A stretch of 64,000 nt of DNA from an uncultured Chloroflexia bacterium (lineage in GTDB: Bacteria; Chloroflexota; Chloroflexia; QHBQ01; JADMIH01), in contig CAWCNY010000007.1 in the NCBI GenBank assembly GCA_963797095.1, positions 32,001-96,000 of the forward strand. Reading direction: 5' to 3'. Within the stretch, counting starts at the first letter, position 1, and the number at the start of each line of letters is the position of its first letter. The notes under the pieces are model-generated. The model was not told the DNA's origin. It ran no database searches and worked only from the letters and a program-made list of their open reading frames with translations. Positions 8,973-18,380 of this stretch are shown here, in pieces. The translations under genes were made by a program, and so were the position numbers.

Positions 8973-9460
8973 TGGAGGGCGGCCTGGTGGGCGATGGCAT
9001 CGATGCCTCTTGCCAGGCCGGATACGATGGTGACGCCGCCTTCGGCAAGCTCGGCTGACAGTTGGGAGGCGGCGGCGCGTCCATAATGGGTGGCCCGGCG
9101 GGTGCCGACGACCGCCACCGACCAGCTATCCTGAGGCTCGATGCTGCCTAACACGTACAGAACGGGGGGAGCATCGTCCACTTCGCGCAGGCGTTCGGGG
9201 TAGTTCTCACTCTCCCAGGTGAGAGCCGTCGCGCCTGACGAAATCAACCGGTCCATCTCGCGGGAGGGGTCGGTGATGCGGCGGGAGACAACAGGAGCCT
9301 CGGCGGTACGCGAGTTGATCCCTGCTGAAATCAGGTCAGCATAGATGGCATGCCAGGCGATTTCAGCGTCGCCGAAGTAGTCAAGCAGACGGCGGAAACG
9401 GGCCTGGCCAATACCGTTTACGCGGGACAGGACGAGCCAGTAGGGTGTTTGGTCGGGCAT
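8963..9460 (-). pseudogene. dprA: DNA-processing protein DprA, 5' half only
   Basis: GIG..RF..LL..FG, YPERLRE..DAPPVLY..G, AVVGTRRAT.YG, IVSGLARGID..AH..AL.AGG, then similarity ends abruptly. Confidence 0.88.
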
Positions 9461-9481
9461 AGGGGACGATGGATGATGCTA

Positions 9482-9502
9482 ACGAGTGACGAGTGACAAG
9501 TG
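9482..9502. repeat. Heptamer tandem array
   Basis: ACGAGTG ACGAGTG ACAAGTG. Confidence 0.7.
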
Positions 9503-9652
9503 GTGAATATTGTGGGCAGACCGGACGATTATACTACAAACCCTGGTGCATTAGCGTGGATTATAATGGGGCAACATTCCTTCCGAAATCTTTGTGCTCT
9601 TTGAGTCTTTGTGGTTCTAATAACCATACTTGTGTGAGAAAAGGAGTCAGAC

Positions 9653-10750
9653 ATGTTACTTTGGCCTGAGCTTGATACACCTACTTTAAGGATAGATCTG
9701 GAGAAGATGGAGCGGAACCTGGAGGAGATGGCGGCGCTTGCGCGAGCGCATGAGGTGAAATTGAGGCCGCACACCAAGACCCACAAAATGCCCCAGATCG
9801 GGCGACGGCAGATGGACCTGGGGGCGATGGGGCTGACGGTAGCGAAGTTGGGTGAGGCAGAAGTGATGGCACGCGCAGGTCTGCGCGATCTGTTTGTGTG
9901 CTATCCCCTGGTGGGCGAGCACAAGCTGCGAAGGCTGCGAGACCTGACCCGCGAGGCGAACATTATGACCATCGTGGAAAGCGCGGAGGGCGCACGCGGG
10001 CTATCGGAGGCGATGGCGGGAGAAGGCAAAGCTCTGGACGTGCTGATCGACCTTGAGGTGGGATATGGGCGCGTGGGCGTGATGGAGGAGAAGGCGGAAG
10101 AGCTTGCGCGGCTCGTGGACGCCCTGCCCGGGTTGCGTTTGATGGGAGTGTGCATACACGAAGGCAACGTGTATAGCGAACCGGACACCGAATGCAGGGC
10201 ACAGTTAGCAAGAGGGCAGGTTGAGCACATGCTGGGCATCGCCCACAACCTGGCCGCACAGGGCCACAACATGGAGATTGTCAGTTGCGGCTCCACCCCA
10301 GGTGCGAGATTCACGGTGGAAGCAGATGGAATAACAGAGCTCAGGCCCGGAAACTACGCATTCTATGACGCGATGCAGGTGGCGCTCGGAACAACCGATG
10401 TCGAGCATTGCGCCCTATCGGTCGTGACAACGGTGGTGAGCCACCAGGAACCCGGTAGAGCCGTTATCGACGCGGGAGCCAAGGCGCTAGCACTGGACAA
10501 AGGCTTGGGCCTCGCGGCCAGGAGCCACGGGATCGTGCGGGATCACCCAGGGATAATAGTTGAGAAACTGTCGGAGGAGCACGGGTGGCTCAAGTTGGAG
10601 GAGGGCGAAACGGTGGCAATCGGTGATAGGCTTGATGTGATCCCGAACCACGCCTGCGTAGTAACCAACCTGTTCAATGAGGTGGCGGTGACGCGAGGAG
10701 ATGAGGTTGTGGACAGGTGGAAGGTAGCGGCGAGGGGGATGCTTGCCTAA
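9653..10750 (+). CDS. Fold-type III PLP enzyme, D-threonine aldolase/D-serine dehydratase (DSD1)-like
   Basis: LDTP.L.IDL, RPHTKTHK (PLP Lys), GSTP, ELRPGNY.F.D, DAG.KAL, LSEEHG, PNHAC. Confidence 0.9.
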   Translation: MLLWPELDTPTLRIDLEKMERNLEEMAALARAHEVKLRPHTKTHKMPQIGRRQMDLGAMGLTVAKLGEAEVMARAGLRDLFVCYPLVGEHKLRRLRDLTREANIMTIVESAEGARGLSEAMAGEGKALDVLIDLEVGYGRVGVMEEKAEELARLVDALPGLRLMGVCIHEGNVYSEPDTECRAQLARGQVEHMLGIAHNLAAQGHNMEIVSCGSTPGARFTVEADGITELRPGNYAFYDAMQVALGTTDVEHCALSVVTTVVSHQEPGRAVIDAGAKALALDKGLGLAARSHGIVRDHPGIIVEKLSEEHGWLKLEEGETVAIGDRLDVIPNHACVVTNLFNEVAVTRGDEVVDRWKVAARGMLA

Positions 10751-11187
10751 AGGTCTTGCTCAGGCAATTCGGGGTTGTCGGCGGCAACCTTGTGGCGTGC
10801 GTACAGCCTGGAACCAAGCATGAACAGAAAGTAGCCGAAAACTGCGCCAACGAGATCCATCAAAAGATCGATCACTTCGCCGAAGTTTGGGAGTCTTCTC
10901 AGAGAAATCTCAAGCAATTCCTGGCCCGAAGCCATTATGAACATTATGACGACATATAGGGCCACACGCTTGCGCAGGTCAGGAACCAGTAGTAGGAGGG
11001 AAATACCCACGACCAGGAACAGGACAATGTGCCCCAGACTCTGGACCTCAGGCGTGGGAAGGAAAGTGTGGACCAGGCGGTTAAAGAAAGACCATCTGCG
11101 AGCATACCCTGCCGCAATAACCAGAACTATACCTGTTAGCGGAAGCAGCAGATAGCGCACCTTGTTCTTGTTCGGCACTTTCAGCAT
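10747..11187 (-). CDS. VanZ-like membrane protein
   Basis: Four hydrophobic segments with GH..LF, QE..E...R, DLLMD.VG pattern. Confidence 0.55.
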   Translation of the reverse strand: MLKVPNKNKVRYLLLPLTGIVLVIAAGYARRWSFFNRLVHTFLPTPEVQSLGHIVLFLVVGISLLLLVPDLRKRVALYVVIMFIMASGQELLEISLRRLPNFGEVIDLLMDLVGAVFGYFLFMLGSRLYARHKVAADNPELPEQDL

Positions 11188-11191
11188 TCTG

Positions 11192-11947
11192 CTACTTGAA
11201 AGGCCAAATATCGAGTATCCACACGATCAGGGGAGCGATGCCCAGGCCCGGCAGATAGTTGGCAAGCTTTAGCTCTTTGATATTGAGAAGCTTGAGACCG
11301 ACACCCAGGATTATGAGGCCACCAACTGCTGTCATCTCGACGATGTAGGGATTATCGCGGCTGGGGATGCCGGATGCAGCGAAAAAGGCGATCATGCTGA
11401 TTATGCCCTGGTAAAGAAAGACAGTACCGGCGGAAAGAAAGACGCCCCACCCCAGCGCGGCGGTGAAGGCAAAGGCTGCGAAGCCGTCCAGGAGCGACTT
11501 AATCGCCAGGAAATTGATGTCGCCGTTGATACCATTCTGGATTGAGCCTAAGATGGTGAGTGGGCCAACACAGAAAACGAGGCTGCTGGTGACGAAAGCT
11601 TCGCTGACCGTAGAAGCGCCTTTGCGCCGCCTGGGGGCAGATTCGCCCTCTATTGCGGCGAGGTCCGGCGCGCTGCCGAAGCGACGTTGAAGGTAGCTGC
11701 CGAGAGCGTCGAGGCCGTCCTGAATGCGGAGGGCTTCACCGAGGAGGCCGCCAACCAGAACGCTGCCGATCATGATGAGCGAGTTGCCGGTAATGGCGTT
11801 CTGCACGCCAATCACAAGGGTAGCGAGGCCCAGGCCGCTCATAACAATAGCGTGGAAGCGTGCAGGCAGGCGCTCACCGATCAGGAGGCCGAGCAAGGCC
11901 CCCAGGAGTACAGCCGAAACATTCAGGATGGTGCCGGAGATAGGCAT
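11192..11947 (-). CDS. DUF554 family membrane protein
   Basis: GTILN, FVTSSLVFCVGPLTILGS, KSLLDG, LYQG, GGLIILG.GL.LL...NYLP. Confidence 0.9.
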   Translation of the reverse strand: MPISGTILNVSAVLLGALLGLLIGERLPARFHAIVMSGLGLATLVIGVQNAITGNSLIMIGSVLVGGLLGEALRIQDGLDALGSYLQRRFGSAPDLAAIEGESAPRRRKGASTVSEAFVTSSLVFCVGPLTILGSIQNGINGDINFLAIKSLLDGFAAFAFTAALGWGVFLSAGTVFLYQGIISMIAFFAASGIPSRDNPYIVEMTAVGGLIILGVGLKLLNIKELKLANYLPGLGIAPLIVWILDIWPFK

Positions 11948-11970
11948 AGCTTACTTGTAAGTTATCAGGA

Positions 11971-12005
11971 CCATCGTCTTCCGTCCTTCGTCTTTCATCC
12001 TCCGA
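11971..12005. repeat. Degenerate heptamer array abutting the murJ stop
   Basis: CCATCGT CTTCCGT CCTTCGT CTTTCAT CCTCCGA. Confidence 0.6.
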
Positions 12006-13664
12006 CTACCGCCGTAAGCGGCTGGTTACTTTGGTCAGTATTAGCTCAACTTCGGGGAGGCGCATACGCCACACCAGGATGGCATAAAGAGCGCCGCCGA
12101 GGAGGGTAGGGATGCCCAGAAGTAGAGCCTGCGATACTAGATTATCAGGTTTCAGCATGCCGGACAAGAACCACCATGAGCCGAAGCTGACCACAGCCAG
12201 GGAAATGGATGCGCCGCCCGCCCTGAGAGCAGTTGAGCCGATCCCGTAGCCCCTGAGTCCTCCCGCTGCGCGCATGGAGCGCAATAGAAACACAGCTGTT
12301 ACTATGGCATGGAATGCAAGCTGAGCGGACCAGGCCAGCACCAGGCCCGGTAGGCCCCATGTTTTGTAGGTACCGAACGCGATAACAAGGTATACGGCGA
12401 ACTGGGCGATGCCGATCATCGCGGGGGTGAGGGTGTTCTTGCGAGCGTAGAAAGCGAAAATAAGGATCTGATCGACCGCACTGAAGGGGAGTCCAATCAC
12501 GTATATGCGGAGGGCCAGTTCGGTCAGATCACTATCGTGCTGGGTGAACGCGCCGTGCCCGAACAGCAGTGCCACTATTGGCCCGGCGAGAGCCAGGAGC
12601 AGACCCGCCACAGGGAGGACGAGGACAGTCACGAGACGCAGGCCGGAGGAGAGGGTACGTTTGAAAGCGTCGGTGTCACCTGACGTGAAATGCTGGGATA
12701 ACGATGGAAGGGAGGCCACCGAAATGGCAGCCGATACTAACCCCAGGCCAAGCTGGATTACCGTGGTGGAGAAGCGCATGGCGGCGATGGCGCTATCATC
12801 GATCTGCGAAGCGAGGTTGCGGTCGATCACAAGGACGACAGAGCTAACTACAACGCTAAGACCAATAGGGGCATAAAGGCGCAGGATCTTCCTTACAGCA
12901 GGGTGGCGTAGATCGAGCCCAGGACGAATCGGAATATCACGCAGGCCTGGAGCTTGCAAAGCAAGCATGGCGAACGCCCCCACCACCAGGCCAATCGCCA
13001 GGCTTCGCACGCCGAGCACACCCGCGAGGGTAAAGGCACAAAATATGATCGCCAGGTTGTACAACACCGAGGTGAAGGCCGGAAATACAAAGCGATGGAG
13101 CGAATAGTGAGCGGCCATGACCACACCCGACAGCCCCATGAAAAGCACGCCAGGCAACACCCATTGTGTCATGGTGACCGCAAGTGCCTGGGCATCGGCA
13201 GGCAAACCCTCGCTCATAAAGCTGGCGAGAGGGGCAGCGAATATCTCCAGTATGGCGACGGAGAGGAGGAGGAAAACGGCGGCAAAGGTCAGAACTGTGC
13301 CCACCAGCCTCCCAAACTCAGACCGGTCTCTTCCGCTGGTGGTATATTCGCTGAACACAGGAACGAGAGCCGCGCTGACAGTGCCCGACATGAGCAGGTC
13401 GAACACGATAGTGACAACGTTATTGGCGACCGAGAAAGCACTCACATCGGCCCCACCGCCGAATAGATAGGCAATCGAGCTTTCGCGGCCCAGCCCTATG
13501 ATGCGGCTCAGTATCGTGCCGGCCATCAGGATAATGGCAGCGCGAGCGATACGTCCAGCCGTAGACGGTGTGCGCTCGGAGAATGCGCCCGCTTCCACCT
13601 CGGCTTGTAGCTCGGCGGCTTCGGTTTGGGGGTCGTTCAGGGTTAGATCTGTGTTGGAGAGCAT
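12006..13664 (-). CDS. murJ: MurJ/MviN lipid II flippase
   Basis: SRIIGLGRE...FG, G.VSAALVPVF, IDR.LAS, LPSLS, LFGHGAF, FYARKNTLTP; about 14 TM. Confidence 0.9.
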   Translation of the reverse strand: MLSNTDLTLNDPQTEAAELQAEVEAGAFSERTPSTAGRIARAAIILMAGTILSRIIGLGRESSIAYLFGGGADVSAFSVANNVVTIVFDLLMSGTVSAALVPVFSEYTTSGRDRSEFGRLVGTVLTFAAVFLLLSVAILEIFAAPLASFMSEGLPADAQALAVTMTQWVLPGVLFMGLSGVVMAAHYSLHRFVFPAFTSVLYNLAIIFCAFTLAGVLGVRSLAIGLVVGAFAMLALQAPGLRDIPIRPGLDLRHPAVRKILRLYAPIGLSVVVSSVVLVIDRNLASQIDDSAIAAMRFSTTVIQLGLGLVSAAISVASLPSLSQHFTSGDTDAFKRTLSSGLRLVTVLVLPVAGLLLALAGPIVALLFGHGAFTQHDSDLTELALRIYVIGLPFSAVDQILIFAFYARKNTLTPAMIGIAQFAVYLVIAFGTYKTWGLPGLVLAWSAQLAFHAIVTAVFLLRSMRAAGGLRGYGIGSTALRAGGASISLAVVSFGSWWFLSGMLKPDNLVSQALLLGIPTLLGGALYAILVWRMRLPEVELILTKVTSRLRR

Positions 13665-13683
13665 GGGAGGGAAAGGTTAGGGA

Positions 13684-13743
13684 TGGCGAGTGGCGAGTGG
13701 CGAGTGGCGAGTGGCGAGTGGCGAGTAGCGAGTAGCGAGTAGC
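13684..13743. repeat. Heptamer tandem array
   Basis: TGGCGAG x6 then TAGCGAG x2. Confidence 0.95.
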
Positions 13744-13749
13744 AGGTGA

Positions 13750-14229
13750 TCAGGTATTGCCCATCTTATCTATTAGCTCGGTGGCACTATGGCCTTCTAC
13801 GTAGGGGATGATGTGGACCTTGCCCTCGTATGCTAGCACGGCATCGGCTTCGGGGAGCGGTTTCCCCGCGCCCGTGTAGTCGCCACCCTTCACATAAAAG
13901 TCGGGTTGTAAGGTTTCCACCAGATGAACGGCGGTCGGCTCATCGAAGATGGTCACATAATCGACGCAGCGGAGGGCGGCCAGGATCTCGGCGCGCTCGT
14001 CCTGTGGGACGATGGGACGGCCCGGCCCTTTGTACCCTCTCACCGACATGTCGGAGTTGACGCCGACTACCAGGATGTCGCCGAGCGCGCGGGCCGCTTG
14101 CAGGTATCGAACATGGCCCACGTGCAACACATCAAAGGTGCCGTTGGTGAGGATAAGGGTCTTGCCGCTGCTGCGCCATTGCGGGCGTAACGCGGCAAGT
14201 TGGGAGAGAGTTACTACTCGATCTGTCAT
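13750..14229 (-). CDS. Cytidylyltransferase-like nucleotidyltransferase (RfaE domain II/HldC-like)
   Basis: TNGTFDVLHVGHVRYL..A..LGD.LVVGVNSD, KG..RP, YVKGGDY. Confidence 0.9.
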   Translation of the reverse strand: MTDRVVTLSQLAALRPQWRSSGKTLILTNGTFDVLHVGHVRYLQAARALGDILVVGVNSDMSVRGYKGPGRPIVPQDERAEILAALRCVDYVTIFDEPTAVHLVETLQPDFYVKGGDYTGAGKPLPEADAVLAYEGKVHIIPYVEGHSATELIDKMGNT

Positions 14230-14234
14230 ATTTA

Positions 14235-14363
14235 GTACACGAAGAAGCGAAGAAGAGAGGAGTACGCGGAGATTCTTAAGGGCTTATACGTGGAAGCCAC
14301 TTTATGAGGGGAAAACAATGACATACCTTCGTGCTCTTCGTGCTTCTTCACGTCTTCGTGTAC
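14235..14363. repeat. Fold-back element with 21-nt imperfect terminal inverted repeats
   Basis: GTACACGAAGAAGCGAAGAAG / CTTCTTCACGTCTTCGTGTAC (2 mismatches); left arm recurs exactly at 34349-34369. Confidence 0.75.
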
Positions 14364-14372
14364 CAACACCGA

Positions 14373-15395
14373 TCACACCCCAACGAGAGTCTTTTCATCT
14401 TCGGCGGTAGGTAAGTTGGAGATGCTGCCCAATCGGCGCTGAGTAATCGTAAGGGCAATCAGCCCCAGGCCCACGCCGAACCAGAGGGTAGAGAACCTGA
14501 TCAGCAAGGTAGCAGCGACCGCAATATTTTGGGTCATATCGAAGGAGGTGTAGCGCGGGATGAGAAACTGGAGCATGCCTGTGATGCTGGCATCCGCAGT
14601 GCCGAGACCACCGGGCAGGAGAGTGACAGACCCGATGAGGCTGGAGGCCGACAGGATGAACGCGCAGATCACCAGCAGTATCCAGGAGAACTGCATACCC
14701 AACCCGAGCATCACCAGCACGAACGCAATAACTTCGCCCGACCAGGAGATAACGCCGATAGCGACACCGAAGAGGAGATTAGGAAGGCGAAAAAGCACGT
14801 AGGAACTATCGTAGAAAGCGTGGAAATGGTGGACGCCCTTGGAAACGACAGGCAGGCGCTCGCCCAGGGCGAGAAGGCGGTCGAAGAGAGCGCGGTTCTG
14901 GAAGACGAAGAGGAAGGCTACAGCGAAGATGGCGATACCCACCAGGATGGGCGTGCCATAGTCAAAGAGCACCAGCCCAACCGAAGCAAGCACCAGCATC
15001 GCCAGACCGTCGGTGAGGCGTTCGGCCATGACTATGGGGGCTGAGGTGGCGATGGGCGTGCCGCGCACCTGTTTAAGGAGGTAGGACTTGACGATCTCGC
15101 CCACCTTGCCGGGGGTCATAGCCATTGCCATGCCGCTCAAGAAGATCATGGCAGAGTCGCGCTTGGAAACGCCTGTTGCCCCAACGAGACGCAGATAGGT
15201 GTCCCATTTGTAGAAGCGCAGCAGATAGTTGAACAGGGTAAAGAGGAGGATGAGGGGAAGAAGCCACCAGTTGAAGGTGCTGAGGACCTCCAGCATCTTG
15301 GTGAAATCGGCGTAGACAGCGAGGCCTGCCACCACGACAAGGCCAAGCACCAGACCCAGGATCAGTTTACCCCGAAGGTTGCCAAGAGCACCCAA
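14373..15395 (-). CDS. Lysylphosphatidylglycerol-synthase-TM/UPF0104 flippase-like membrane protein
   Basis: LRF.KW, TPGKVGE..K, ERLTDG, LPGGLG..D, LIRF.T.W; start taken as TTG 15395 after GGAAGG. Confidence 0.85.
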   Translation of the reverse strand: MGALGNLRGKLILGLVLGLVVVAGLAVYADFTKMLEVLSTFNWWLLPLILLFTLFNYLLRFYKWDTYLRLVGATGVSKRDSAMIFLSGMAMAMTPGKVGEIVKSYLLKQVRGTPIATSAPIVMAERLTDGLAMLVLASVGLVLFDYGTPILVGIAIFAVAFLFVFQNRALFDRLLALGERLPVVSKGVHHFHAFYDSSYVLFRLPNLLFGVAIGVISWSGEVIAFVLVMLGLGMQFSWILLVICAFILSASSLIGSVTLLPGGLGTADASITGMLQFLIPRYTSFDMTQNIAVAATLLIRFSTLWFGVGLGLIALTITQRRLGSISNLPTAEDEKTLVGV

Positions 15396-15471
15396 ATTCG
15401 CATCCCTTCCACAGTTCGACGGATAGCGTCTGTATCTTCCAGTGTAACAAAGGGAGATGTGGATTACAAGC

Positions 15472-15512
15472 ACTCAAGGGCAGCACCGGCGCATATGGTG
15501 CTGCCCTTGAGT
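15472..15512 (-). terminator. Hairpin downstream of the NHL gene
   Basis: ACTCAAGGGCAGCACC / GGTGCTGCCCTTGAGT 16-bp arms. Confidence 0.65.
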
Positions 15513-15535
15513 TGTTATCTGTTGCCTGGCAGATT

Positions 15536-17173
15536 CTACTTCTGGCTGAACTTCAACACCCTGTTGCTATAGGAATCAGAAACGTAAAGATTGCCTTCGC
15601 TATCCAGAGCCAGGTAGCCGGGCCCCAGGAACTCTCCTTCGTCCGAGCCTGGAGGGCCTGTTATACTGCCCAGCAGGCGCCCATATTTGTCGAACTTCTG
15701 CACTCTGGGATGCGAATCGACGCCGGGGTACTCCTTGAGCCAACCATCGATTATGTAGATATTATCCTGATTGTCTACTGTGACCCCAAGCGGGCGGCTA
15801 AACGTCGCCACGATGGGGCTATCTAACTGGTTGCCTTCACTGTCGTACTTCACGACGGTGTTTGTGTTGTACGTGGTGATATAGATGTTATCCTCGCTGT
15901 CGACAGCGAGGTTATCGGTGCTGGGGGCCTGCCACCACTTCACCAGGTTGCCATTGCTGTCAAACTTGTTCACCCGGTTGCGGGCGTCATCGAGCACGTA
16001 CAGGTTACCCTTGCTGTCGAAGGCCAGGTCAAGCGGCCACAGCAGCCTGCCACCCTCAACAGTGGTGTCTCCGAACTTGCGGAGGAAGTTGCCGTTGTTA
16101 TCGAAAACCTGGATGCTCGGCTCGCTCAGTGGATCGCCATGCGATGGGTTGTCACTGTTGGCAACATACACATTGCCCTCCTTATCGACAGCCACACCAC
16201 CTACTTCATCAAAGTTGAACAGGCCATCGCCCCGACCCTGGCTGCCAAACGCCATAACGGGGTTGCCCGCCTTATCAAACTTCTGAACACGGGAGTTCTT
16301 GCTGTCAACCACAAACATGTTGTCCTTGGCATCAAATGCTATTCCGCTGGGGCTGGACAGATCCCCTGTGATCTCCGATAGATACATGAATGTGGCCGAT
16401 TGCACCGGAGGCAAAGGCCCTGTGGGCGTCGAAGTAGGCCGGGGAGCAGGTGTGGTCGCTGTGGGGTTAGGCTCAGGCGTGCTGCCGCTCTGCCCACCTG
16501 ACCCGCCCTGCTCGTATTTGGCCTTGTAGCGGAAGGTACCGAGTTGCGACAGCAGGATATTGTAAGGAGCGGCATTCTCAGGGTGAAGCTCGAACACCGC
16601 CCTCTCGAAATACTGCACCGTATAAGTCTTGCCATCCAGGTCCGACTTCTCCTGGAACTCATCGGAGATCGGAAGCCCTTGCTGGGCAAGGCCGCCGTGA
16701 GCATCCCAGTAATCGAGGAAAAGACCACCCACGCTCTTACCGGTCTCGTCAAATAGTCGCGAACCCGCTTCGTTGTTGGGAGTTTGGCCGGGCGCGCCAC
16801 CCGGGTATTTCTGATTGTAGAGAAACACACCAAGCAAGCTCAGTAGTACTTCGTTGGGGGTCCCTGCGAACTCAGAGTGAAGCTCGAAGAGGGCACGCTC
16901 GAAATACTGCACCATATAAGTCTTGCCGTCGGTATCCGACACTTCCTCCATCTCGTCAGAGATCGGATAGCCCTGCTGGGCAAGACCGCCGTGAGCATCC
17001 CAGTATTCCAGAAATCGTCCCGCCAACGTTTTGCCTGTTTCAGCGAAAGTGCGGCTATCCGCCCGGGCTTTGCTCTGCAAAGGCAGCAAGAAGGCGACAA
17101 GCAGCAGGGAAATAAATAGAACAACGGACCTTCTGCCTGACAGGATCCTCAATGAAGTGGAGTTGAATCTCAT
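15536..17173 (-). CDS. Secreted NHL-repeat beta-propeller protein with two N-terminal Chloroflexota-type surface repeats
   Basis: Signal peptide; 2x F.ETGK...F..YW..HGGL...G.PIS...VQYFERA.FELH; PT linker; repeated P.G.A.D..GN.YV.D..N.RV.KF. Confidence 0.85.
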   Translation of the reverse strand: MRFNSTSLRILSGRRSVVLFISLLLVAFLLPLQSKARADSRTFAETGKTLAGRFLEYWDAHGGLAQQGYPISDEMEEVSDTDGKTYMVQYFERALFELHSEFAGTPNEVLLSLLGVFLYNQKYPGGAPGQTPNNEAGSRLFDETGKSVGGLFLDYWDAHGGLAQQGLPISDEFQEKSDLDGKTYTVQYFERAVFELHPENAAPYNILLSQLGTFRYKAKYEQGGSGGQSGSTPEPNPTATTPAPRPTSTPTGPLPPVQSATFMYLSEITGDLSSPSGIAFDAKDNMFVVDSKNSRVQKFDKAGNPVMAFGSQGRGDGLFNFDEVGGVAVDKEGNVYVANSDNPSHGDPLSEPSIQVFDNNGNFLRKFGDTTVEGGRLLWPLDLAFDSKGNLYVLDDARNRVNKFDSNGNLVKWWQAPSTDNLAVDSEDNIYITTYNTNTVVKYDSEGNQLDSPIVATFSRPLGVTVDNQDNIYIIDGWLKEYPGVDSHPRVQKFDKYGRLLGSITGPPGSDEGEFLGPGYLALDSEGNLYVSDSYSNRVLKFSQK

Positions 17174-17438
17174 TAATTTGTCTCCCTGTAGACTCTGAAC
17201 TATCTGCGTACAAAGGCGATGGGTGACATGCTCATAAGCCATCGTTCTGATAGTAAGAGCAGGAATTATTCAATTGCCAGTTCAGGTAGTGCCCATTTTG
17301 TGTTCAATTGCCTGAATATGGCGCAGCCAAAGGAAGGCAAGCACAGCCAGGCTAAAGTTAGCGTGCAGTAAGCCGTCTTAAAACGAACCACCGGAGCAGC
17401 TTAGCCGCCCCGGTGTCTCTTTATCTATTCGTTGGATG

Positions 17439-18311
17439 CTAACCTCGCCAGGCTACTACGGCAGCAACAGCGAGCGCTATAGTCACCAGCAACAACCCGA
17501 TCTCTGCGGCAATCTGCAGATTGAACTCTTGCGCAGATCGCGCCTCCACAGGAGCCGATTCGGCGCTGTAGGGCTCTGAGCCTGTTATGCCCGGAGGCGA
17601 GTTGTCGGGGGTTTTCATGCTGTAAAGGGCTTCACCCGAAGGAACAGTAGTAGGGCTGAGTGCGCCGCTATTTGCTATCGATGTATTAGGCGTTACCTGC
17701 GCTTCAGATGATGCTCCGCCTGCTGCCGGTGGCGCGGTTGGCACCGGCGCGGGGGGTTCGCTCGGATTAGCAGCCGAAGCGCCCGTGTTGGCGGTATCGG
17801 TATCGCCCGCCACGCCCACGCCCGTGGTGGCAGTAGGTTCCGCCATGAGGGTCATAGGGGTCAACCCCTCCTCACCTGAGTTGCGGTTGGTATCCGTAGC
17901 CCCAATTTTCGGCGTGAATGCCACGGACTGAGGTTGTTCGGCATTCATGCCGGAATTGAGCGTCGCCAGCATGAAGATAAGCACCAGAAAAGCCACCACC
18001 GAGCCTGTGGCAAAGGTCGGTGCGAGCCTTGGCGAGAAGATCCGCTCCCACAGAGATGTTTTGCGGGCCTTGGCGGCCATCTCAGGCGTAAGGGTAAAGG
18101 CACGCGGAACGGCGGCCACCGGCATACTCTGCAGCAGGCGCTGAGTAGCCTGAAGCTCTACTAAGTCGGCGCGGCAATCAGCGCACCCTTCAAGATGGGC
18201 ACGCACACGCGCGCGGCCAGTCTCGTCAAGCGACTTATCGATATATGCCGATAGGAGGTCTTGAACGTGGCCCTCGCTGTCTATTTCGTTGTCTCTGTAT
18301 GACTTACCCAT
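17439..18311 (-). CDS. Zinc-finger (zf-HC2/ZAS) membrane anti-sigma factor
   Basis: H...LLSAY.D..L...V.AHLEGCADC, TM segment, low-complexity region, C-terminal TM; downstream of an ECF sigma. Confidence 0.85.
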   Translation of the reverse strand: MGKSYRDNEIDSEGHVQDLLSAYIDKSLDETGRARVRAHLEGCADCRADLVELQATQRLLQSMPVAAVPRAFTLTPEMAAKARKTSLWERIFSPRLAPTFATGSVVAFLVLIFMLATLNSGMNAEQPQSVAFTPKIGATDTNRNSGEEGLTPMTLMAEPTATTGVGVAGDTDTANTGASAANPSEPPAPVPTAPPAAGGASSEAQVTPNTSIANSGALSPTTVPSGEALYSMKTPDNSPPGITGSEPYSAESAPVEARSAQEFNLQIAAEIGLLLVTIALAVAAVVAWRG

Positions 18312-18380
18312 TTCTTGCTTTCTATAAATTGAGGGATGGTATAGATGAGTTCAGTATTACGGATTCTCAGTTGTAAGCAT

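Noticed and set aside
6746-9058. 770-aa + strand ORF
   Set aside because: Antisense shadow of recognisable minus-strand genes; no motifs; long shadow ORFs are common in GC-rich DNA.
16540-17050. Nucleotide-level direct repeat suggesting a mobile or DGR repeat
   Set aside because: It corresponds to the two in-frame QYFERA surface domains of the NHL protein; I saw no adenine-specific mismatch pattern and no RT is present.
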